IMG/VR virus record: IMGVR_UViG_3300048998_000206
Location: 1-41,081 of that record
Length of the DNA stretch: 41,081 bases
Direction: 5' to 3' (one strand)
Source of the DNA: a virus
Taxonomy: Duplodnaviria; Caudoviricetes
Under the pieces are notes generated by a model. That model was not told the DNA's origin. It saw only the letters and a program-made list of their open reading frames with translations, and searched no databases. A program made the position numbers and the translations under genes. Below are positions 1 through 6,024 of this stretch, piece after piece. Within the stretch, counting starts at the first letter, position 1; each line of letters begins with the position of its first letter.

Positions 1-112
1 CCCGTCGATCTGGGCGCCATGCTCAGGCAACTACTGCTGGTGCGGCCACCCGGCGCAGGCCACCCGGCGCAGGCCTGCGTGGTCAACCAGGTCGACACCT
101 GCCCGCACTGCT

Positions 113-136
113 GACCCGCCCCGGATTGGGCGGGTC
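113..136 (+). terminator. GC-rich hairpin after the lipoprotein stop codon (possible non-canonical terminator)
   Basis: GACCCGCCC-cggatt-GGGCGGGTC, a perfect 9-bp stem. It is followed by an A-run rather than a U-run, so it is not a canonical intrinsic terminator. Confidence 0.4.
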
Positions 137-155
137 GAAAAAAGTCGAGATATCC

Positions 156-183
156 CTGCAACCGGGGCAGGGGACGAGGTTCT
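156..183 (+). promoter_or_regulatory. Bipartite motif copy 1 (ECF-sigma-like promoter candidate)
   Basis: CTGCAACCGGGG-N7-CGAGGTTCT just upstream of the ATG at 191; a second copy lies at 793-820. Confidence 0.55.
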
Positions 184-190
184 AGAGGAT

Positions 191-430
191 ATGAGCAAGA
201 CGACCAGCAAGAGCATCACCGAGCAGCGGATCAGCCTCCTCCGTACGGAGGCGCTCTCGGCCGGCGACTACGCGATGGCCGCGATCTGCGACCTAGCTAT
301 CGATGGCGCCATCGACACGGACGACTACTCGACCCTCTCCACGGAGGAGGCGCGGCGCGTCGACGGGATGACGCAGCACGACGCCGTTGCCGAGTGCGTC
401 CGCGTCGTCAGCGCCGCGGACGCCGCGTGA
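191..430 (+). CDS. Hypothetical early protein (79 aa)
   Basis: ATG with GAGG upstream, coding-like composition, and GTGA overlap with the next gene. Confidence 0.8.
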   Translation: MSKTTSKSITEQRISLLRTEALSAGDYAMAAICDLAIDGAIDTDDYSTLSTEEARRVDGMTQHDAVAECVRVVSAADAA

Positions 431-669
431 AGGTCCGGCGCCGACACGGCATGAGGGTCCAGCTGCGCGGCGTCCTGGAGCGGGACTGGTACTACGCCCT
501 GCTCCTGCGCCGCGGCGGGCGGCGCGACCGTCGCCGGATCCTGATCCGCACGCCGAACTACTCGACCTATCTCGAGGCGATGACGCAGGGCGAGGTGATG
601 GCTGCAGTCCGTGGCTGGATCATCACCAGCGCTGCGCCGCTGCCGGTCGGGTACTGGAGGGCGTCGTGA
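427..669 (+). CDS. Hypothetical protein (80 aa)
   Basis: GTG start overlaps the upstream TGA; the stop overlaps the next start. Confidence 0.7.
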   Translation: MKVRRRHGMRVQLRGVLERDWYYALLLRRGGRRDRRRILIRTPNYSTYLEAMTQGEVMAAVRGWIITSAAPLPVGYWRAS

Positions 670-788
670 TCCGCATCGTCGTCCTGCTGCTCGCGATCGT
701 AGCGTGTGGCCGCGGCCGCGAGCCGCCCAGGCAGGTCCGGTGCGGTTGTGTGTGGCAGCCGGGCTGCGATCAGCCGGCCTCACGCTGA
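666..788 (+). CDS. Small Cys-rich putative lipoprotein (40 aa)
   Basis: MIRIVVLLLAIVAC-GRG gives a basic residue, hydrophobic stretch and lipobox Cys; three more Cys follow; GTGA coupling. Confidence 0.6.
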   Translation: MIRIVVLLLAIVACGRGREPPRQVRCGCVWQPGCDQPASR

Positions 789-792
789 TCGG

Positions 793-820
793 CTGCAACC
801 GGGGTCCGCATCGTGGGTCT
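793..820 (+). promoter_or_regulatory. Bipartite motif copy 2 (ECF-sigma-like promoter candidate)
   Basis: CTGCAACCGGGG-N7-CGTGGGTCT in an intergenic gap upstream of the gene at 865. Confidence 0.55.
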
Positions 821-864
821 CTACATCGTGGGCGGCATGGGGCCGCCCGGAAGGGATGAGGCAG

Positions 865-1041
865 ATGGCTGACACGAGAGACTTGGGGCGCGCGACCCGC
901 GCCCGGCGCGCGGAGAAGCGCGCGGCGCGCAAAGCCCGGCTGAGTGAGCCGGGCAAGACCTACTACACGATCTGCTGCGAGGCCGGCGACTATGTGATGG
1001 CGGCGTTCCGCGCCGCCGATCCGACCACGCCCAGCGCGTAG
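865..1041 (+). CDS. Hypothetical basic protein (58 aa; possibly frameshift-truncated)
   Basis: ATG with GAGG upstream, encoding MADTRDLGRATRARR... Confidence 0.6.
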   Translation: MADTRDLGRATRARRAEKRAARKARLSEPGKTYYTICCEAGDYVMAAFRAADPTTPSA

Positions 1042-1124
1042 TCGACCTCCGCGGCGCCATCGGCCGCGGCCCCATTGCCCACGCGATCGCGTGGGCCACC
1101 ATCTCTCAACCAAGGATCAATCCG

Positions 1125-1565
1125 ATGACCAGCACCGCCCGTCTCGACGCCAGCAAGTGGCAGCACCTAACCAACCTGACCCCGCACACGATCCACCTCC
1201 ACACCCAGAACATGGGCATCTCGATGATCCCCTCGTCGGGTGTCGCTCGCGCCGAGGAGATCATCGTCCCGCTGCCGGACGACGAGGCAGACATCTACTT
1301 TGACCACTTTGAGGACAGCGGCATGCACATCTGCGTGCCGCTGGTCGGCAAGAGGTACGGCAACGTGACCGGCCTGCCCGCGCCCCAGCGCGGCCGGCTC
1401 TACATCGTCAGCCAGATCATCATCGACGCCTGCCCGGATCGCGTCGACCTGGTCGCGCCGCACGACATGATCCGCGACGATCAGGGGCGCGTGACCGGAT
1501 GCCGGGGCTTCGCGCGGCGCGCGGCGCCGGTTCAGGATCGCGGCCGGTTCGAGATCCCGGGCTGA
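1125..1565 (+). CDS. Conserved phage hypothetical protein (NLTPH...GLP.P...YIVS...R.DL..P...RD..GR family)
   Basis: Motif pattern recalled from many phage proteins of unknown function; AAGGA RBS. Confidence 0.8.
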   Translation: MTSTARLDASKWQHLTNLTPHTIHLHTQNMGISMIPSSGVARAEEIIVPLPDDEADIYFDHFEDSGMHICVPLVGKRYGNVTGLPAPQRGRLYIVSQIIIDACPDRVDLVAPHDMIRDDQGRVTGCRGFARRAAPVQDRGRFEIPG

Positions 1566-1750
1566 TGAGCCGGACGCGCCACAGCCGGCGCAGCAGGTGG
1601 AGCCGAGCGCGGGTGCAGTGCGACTGCTATACCTGCGTGTCCGGCCGGACAGCGGCGCAGCGGCGCGACGCGGCAGATGCCGCTGGCCAAGCCGCCGAGC
1701 TACCGGACATTGCGCCAGCGGGCGAACCCGTGGCGCCGCGCCGCGGTTAG
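1565..1750 (+). CDS. Hypothetical Arg-rich protein with CxCxxC (61 aa)
   Basis: TGATG coupling to the upstream gene; the 3' end overlaps the convergent amidase. Confidence 0.5.
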   Translation: MSRTRHSRRSRWSRARVQCDCYTCVSGRTAAQRRDAADAAGQAAELPDIAPAGEPVAPRRG

Positions 1751-2539
1751 CGATGATGGCCCGGCGATGCCGTCGAGCTCGAGATGCTCACCGAGCCGGT
1801 TGAGCGCCTCCTGCCGATCGTGCCCGCGCTCGCGGTCCTCCATGCGCTCGTAGTCGAGCGCCTCGAAGCCCTGCTCGTCGATCAGCCGGCGGAAGATGTC
1901 GTCGCCCGGGTCGCCGCGGCCGCGCTCCGAGGTGTTGTCCCTGTGGCCGAACACGCCGACCATCGAGGCCCCGCCGACGTTGTGGCGCGCGATGCCGCTA
2001 CCCTGCTCCATGCGCGTGATCGGCCGGTTGCGGTACGGGCCGGCCGGGCACTGGGCCGGGATCGCGAAGTGGCCACCGATCTCGGTCAGCGCAGCAACCA
2101 GCCGCGAGGTCGCCGCGAGCGTCGCCTCGTAGATGCCAGCCGCCTCGCCCGTGGCCGGCGACTGCTGGTACATCTCGATCCCGATGGACCACGGGTTGCT
2201 CCCCTCGGCGTGGTAGGCCTGCGACTCGGCGAGGTCGCACAGGCACACCACGGTGCCGTCCTGGTCGACGACGAGCTGCGCGGCCGAGTGCAGCGGGTCG
2301 CCGCGCCAGAAGTCCGCGACGACCTGCGCTCGACCCGGCGGGCCCGAGCCGGGGATCACGCGCTGCGGCCACAGTCCCTTCGTGCTGTGCACGATGATCT
2401 GCCGGACCCACGTCGTGGTGCGCGCGCGATAGTCGCCGGGCGAGAGGGCCGCCCACGCCGGGCCGCCGTGGCTCGCCGGCGGGATGATGGTCAGCCCGTC
2501 GACAGGCTCGAGCTTGCCGCGGATCAGCAGCCCGCTCAC
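1700..2539 (-). CDS. Endolysin: N-acetylmuramoyl-L-alanine amidase (Amidase_2 type) with C-terminal peptidoglycan-binding-like segment
   Basis: IIVHST, SAAQLVVD, YHAEGSNPWSIGIEM, GHRD and GDPG motifs; C-terminal QEALNRLG...LELDGIAGPSS. GTG start overlaps the upstream TGA. Confidence 0.9.
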   Translation of the reverse strand: MSGLLIRGKLEPVDGLTIIPPASHGGPAWAALSPGDYRARTTTWVRQIIVHSTKGLWPQRVIPGSGPPGRAQVVADFWRGDPLHSAAQLVVDQDGTVVCLCDLAESQAYHAEGSNPWSIGIEMYQQSPATGEAAGIYEATLAATSRLVAALTEIGGHFAIPAQCPAGPYRNRPITRMEQGSGIARHNVGGASMVGVFGHRDNTSERGRGDPGDDIFRRLIDEQGFEALDYERMEDRERGHDRQEALNRLGEHLELDGIAGPSSLTAARRHGFARWRNVR

Positions 2540-2769
2540 GGCTCGACCTGGAGCGCCGCGAGCACCGGCGTCATCGGGGGTTCGCGGGTCACCAGCGTCA
2601 ACATCGCCATCTTGAACGTGTCGCGCTCGATCGACGCATAGACCATCCCGGGCCGAATGCGCAGCCACGCGCACCCCACCGGGGACTCCGGGCTGTCGTC
2701 CCGCATCGTCTCGACGACCATCTCGGGGTCGCCGCTGTTGAGCTTCACGGTGTCGCCGGCGCTGATCAT
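2536..2769 (-). CDS. YodC/DUF2158-like small protein (77 aa)
   Basis: ISAGDTVKLNSGDPEMVVE...VGCAW resembles the GDxVxLKSGGPxMTV...CxW signature; ATGA coupling. Confidence 0.7.
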   Translation of the reverse strand: MISAGDTVKLNSGDPEMVVETMRDDSPESPVGCAWLRIRPGMVYASIERDTFKMAMLTLVTREPPMTPVLAALQVEP

Positions 2770-3530
2770 CGCCAGCCGAGGTCGGCGCGGATGCCGGCGT
2801 ACGAGGTGGCGAGCAGCGCGCGATCGATCGCCATCGGCGCCGCCGCCGGCGCACCGGGCTTCGCGGGCGCGGACGGTGCCGTGAGTATCGCGACCGCCGC
2901 GTCGAGCGCGCACCGCGGCGCGTCGCCCTTGATCGCCGCGAGGTCCGCCTTGAGGCCGGCGGCGGCGACCGTGCCGGAGCCGCTGATCCACTTCGTGATC
3001 TCGGCGATCGCCAGGGGAATGATGTCGGCGACGAGCGTCTTGATCGCCGGGGCCTCGCAGTTGAGCCCGGCGGCCGTGCCGCTCGCGACCTGCGCGCGCG
3101 AGATGCACGCGGTCTGCGTGGCGCCGGCGACCGCGACGACCAGCACCAGCGCGGCGGCCGCCTTGACGACCGCCGCCTTGACGACCGAGCGGCTCACCGT
3201 GTAGCCGAGCTGGGCGAGCAGCGCCGCGGCGATGCCGGCGATCCGCTCGGCCACGGTGCCGGTGCCGATCGCGCCGGACGCGAACAGGACGCCGAGCACC
3301 TTGGCCGCCGCCGAGAGCCAGAACTCGGTCGTCTGCCAGCCGGGCTTCACGGCCGTCGCCGTCACGACGTTGCCGGCGCCGTCGGCCGCCGTCGCCGTTG
3401 AGATCGCAGGCGCCGATGGCAGGGGCGCGCCGGTCAGCTCCTTGAGCGCGGCCGCCTGCGCGGGCGACATCGGGGTGGTGGGCCGGCCGCTCGTCAGCGG
3501 CATCGTCGTGGTCTGGTCTGGGTCAGGCAT
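2766..3530 (-). CDS. Membrane protein, holin-like N-half plus lipoprotein-like C-half
   Basis: KPGWQTTEFWL motif, three hydrophobic segments (the last ending GATQTAC), and position in the lysis cassette. Confidence 0.6.
   Translation of the reverse strand: MPDPDQTTTMPLTSGRPTTPMSPAQAAALKELTGAPLPSAPAISTATAADGAGNVVTATAVKPGWQTTEFWLSAAAKVLGVLFASGAIGTGTVAERIAGIAAALLAQLGYTVSRSVVKAAVVKAAAALVLVVAVAGATQTACISRAQVASGTAAGLNCEAPAIKTLVADIIPLAIAEITKWISGSGTVAAAGLKADLAAIKGDAPRCALDAAVAILTAPSAPAKPGAPAAAPMAIDRALLATSYAGIRADLGWR
3158..3187. repeat. Perfect 15-bp tandem duplication (VVKAA x2)
   Basis: CCGCCTTGACGACCG twice. Confidence 0.9.
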
Positions 3531-3565
3531 GCCCCGTTGTACCGCGGCCACCGCCCGGCCGGCGA

Positions 3566-3994
3566 TCAGTCGTTGCGCCGGCCGGGCCGCCCGGGGGGGC
3601 GGTCACCGGGGAACCTCGCGATCGGCTGCTGCTCCACCGCTGCCATCCGCCGTCGCTCGCTCGGCGGGTCGCCGCCGGTGACCGCGCGGCGCGTGTCGCC
3701 GATGGGGACGCCTTCGACCGGCGTGTGCTCGCGCCACAGCAGCTCGGCCACGCGCGACGGGATGTTGTCGACCCGAGCCGAGAGCGCGGCGGTCGCCGCC
3801 GCCTGCTCGAGCTGCACCTCGATCGTCCGGTTCGCGTCAGCACGCTGGGCGGCGGCGCTCTCGCGGGCGGCTGCGATCTCCTCGCGCCGGACGTCGCGCC
3901 AGATGGTACCGAACCACCGGCCGAGCGCGACCACGCCGGCGCCGGCGGACCCGAGGCTCGCCACGATCGCCGCGACGATCTCTCCGTCGGTCAC
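3566..3994 (-). CDS. Single-TM membrane protein with coiled-coil-like segment (holin/antiholin/i-spanin-like)
   Basis: N-terminal hydrophobic helix, then an Ala/Glu/Arg helical region; lies upstream of the lysis genes. Confidence 0.55.
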   Translation of the reverse strand: MTDGEIVAAIVASLGSAGAGVVALGRWFGTIWRDVRREEIAAARESAAAQRADANRTIEVQLEQAAATAALSARVDNIPSRVAELLWREHTPVEGVPIGDTRRAVTGGDPPSERRRMAAVEQQPIARFPGDRPPGRPGRRND

Positions 3995-5565
3995 GGGGTC
4001 ACCAGCAGCAAGATGCCTGCGTTCACGCCGGCGAGCGAGGTCGCGATCGTCGTCGCGCCGAGCACGGTACCCGACACCGGCACGGTCGCGCTGGCGAACG
4101 CGAGGCCGATGAACGCGTCGCCCGGGTTGTAGCTCGAGTCCCAGTGCTTCGTGATGCCGACGAGGTTCGGGTTCGTGATCGTCGAGATGAAGTTGTTCTG
4201 CGCCGCGGTCGCCATGAACAGCAGCGCAAGCTGGTTATTCGCGGTCGATGTCGCGCTGGCGATCGAGAGCGCGGTGCTGTTGGCGTTGTTCGCGCCGGTC
4301 GAGTTCGCGCTCACCGGGCTTGCCGACCACGCCGCCGGACCGCTGCACTCGAAGACGCGCGACACGCACCGGGTCGCGGTGCCACCGCTGACCGTCGGCA
4401 CCGGCATCCGTCCGTTGACGTACGCGGCCGGGTCCACCTGGCGCCCGTACACCGCCAGGTTGTTGGCGATCGTGCCGGCGCTGATCGAGCTCGTGACGCT
4501 CGCGATCAGCACGAAACCCTGCGCATCCGTCAGCACGATGGTCGTCGCCGCCGAGTAGGTGCGCACGGCGAGGAACTCCCAGTTGCCGGACTTCGGCCTC
4601 GGCCCCGAGCGCGGGTTCATCGTGGCCGGCGCCGCGAGGCTAGTGATGCCGCACGACGCATGCACGTACTTCGGCGCTGGGCCGACGACCGTCTCGGGCA
4701 GCAGCCCGGGCTTGAAGATGTCGACGAGCGTCGCGCCGACCTCGTCGCCCATGTCGTTCTGCTCGGCGCTCGCGTAGTGCGGATCGAACGCGAGGGGGAA
4801 GCGGTCGAAGTTGACCAACCGCGACAGCGGATCGCTGACGACGTACGCGGCCTGCGCAGCGCGAATCACGGCTTGGTTCGGCCCGAACGACGTCGCCGCG
4901 TTCAGCTGGCAGATGATGTGGTAGAGGTTCGCGTTCCCGAGCTGTGTGCGCCACGCCGCGATGTCGTCGGTGATGTTCTGCTGGTAGGTCGGTGCGTCGA
5001 GCGGATCGCTGCCGGCGTCGGTCTCGCCGTCAACGCGGACGACGGCGTCGACCTTGCGCCCGTACTCGGCCTGCCGCGCCAGGATGTACGTCACCCACTG
5101 CGCGAATACGGTCGGCCCCACCGACGGGAACCCGGAGTTCACGCCGCGGTGTCGCCGCTCGGACGAGCCGCTGATACAGCACAGGATGATGCCGACCCTT
5201 TTATAGCCGCGAGCGATGAGGTACTTCGCGAACTGCAACCACGGACCCTGGTTCGCGAGGCCGGCGGCGGCGGCGGCCTTGAGCAGCTGCGTCGGGATGA
5301 TCGTGAACGTCTGCGGCCCAGCCGGACTACCCGCCGGCCCAGACGAGTTGTACATCGCCGACATGATGGCGTTGGCGAACGGCACACCGTGGCCGTACCC
5401 GCCGTCGGAATGTGCGGTCGCGTTGTAGTCCGCCTGGATCTGGTTCGACTGGCCGGTGAACGCGAACAGCCCGTCGAGCCCCGCATCCGACGCGCCGCAC
5501 GTCGGGTCGAGTCCCGGCTCGAGCGACGAGCACAGCACCGACACGAGTCCGGACGCGAGGCCCAT
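3991..5565 (-). CDS. Virion/tail protein with SGNH (sialate O-acetylesterase/CE6-like) domain and C-terminal beta-rich domain
   Basis: Block I TGQSN, block II SGSS, block III DGETDA and block V DPHY; Thr/Ser/Ala-rich C-terminus. Confidence 0.75.
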   Translation of the reverse strand: MGLASGLVSVLCSSLEPGLDPTCGASDAGLDGLFAFTGQSNQIQADYNATAHSDGGYGHGVPFANAIMSAMYNSSGPAGSPAGPQTFTIIPTQLLKAAAAAGLANQGPWLQFAKYLIARGYKRVGIILCCISGSSERRHRGVNSGFPSVGPTVFAQWVTYILARQAEYGRKVDAVVRVDGETDAGSDPLDAPTYQQNITDDIAAWRTQLGNANLYHIICQLNAATSFGPNQAVIRAAQAAYVVSDPLSRLVNFDRFPLAFDPHYASAEQNDMGDEVGATLVDIFKPGLLPETVVGPAPKYVHASCGITSLAAPATMNPRSGPRPKSGNWEFLAVRTYSAATTIVLTDAQGFVLIASVTSSISAGTIANNLAVYGRQVDPAAYVNGRMPVPTVSGGTATRCVSRVFECSGPAAWSASPVSANSTGANNANSTALSIASATSTANNQLALLFMATAAQNNFISTITNPNLVGITKHWDSSYNPGDAFIGLAFASATVPVSGTVLGATTIATSLAGVNAGILLLVTP

Positions 5566-5568
5566 CGC

Positions 5569-6024
5569 TTACCAGCCCTTCTCGATGCGCGCGGTGATCG
5601 CAGCCATGCCGTCGACCAAGGCGCCGGTCGCGTCGAGCAACTGCGCGAGCAGCGAGCCCGCGCCGTCCCGCGAGCCGTCGCGGACCTCGATGTTGGTGAT
5701 CGCCGCGGTCACGATCTTGAGCCGCGCCTGGCGCTGGTTGATGTTCGTGACGGTGATGATCGCGCAGCCCGCGCCCGTGGCGGCCGGGCCCGTGATCGTC
5801 GGCGAGTTGGCGCCGGTCCCCCAGTCCGCCGCGCTACCCGACTGGGCCGCGGCCTCGGTGGAACTGAGCTCGAGCGTGATCGCCGCGCTGCTCACCGCGT
5901 CGCGCCACAGCACGTGGGCGCCGATGCAGTTGTCGCGGATGGGGACCGGCACGTACAGCGTGGTCCCGCTCGGGATGTTCACGAGGGTGGCGATGATGTT
6001 GTCTGCAATCGCGATGTCCGTCAT
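5569..6024 (-). CDS. Putative virion structural protein (151 aa)
   Basis: Beta-rich composition, late-operon position, ATGA coupling. Confidence 0.6.
   Translation of the reverse strand: MTDIAIADNIIATLVNIPSGTTLYVPVPIRDNCIGAHVLWRDAVSSAAITLELSSTEAAAQSGSAADWGTGANSPTITGPAATGAGCAIITVTNINQRQARLKIVTAAITNIEVRDGSRDGAGSLLAQLLDATGALVDGMAAITARIEKGW

Larger units (their letters stand above)
1..184. repeat. Terminal direct repeat, left copy (carries an extra 14-bp unit CCACCCGGCGCAGG at 46-59/60-73)
   Basis: Identical to 40912-41081 apart from the 14-bp tandem duplication; 58-184 matches 40955-41081 exactly (127 bp). Confidence 0.97.

Noticed and set aside
1-184. Terminal repeat as a biological T7-like direct terminal repeat
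   Set aside because: It starts mid-gene and the exact overlap is 127 bp, typical of assembly circularisation. The physical ends cannot be inferred from it.
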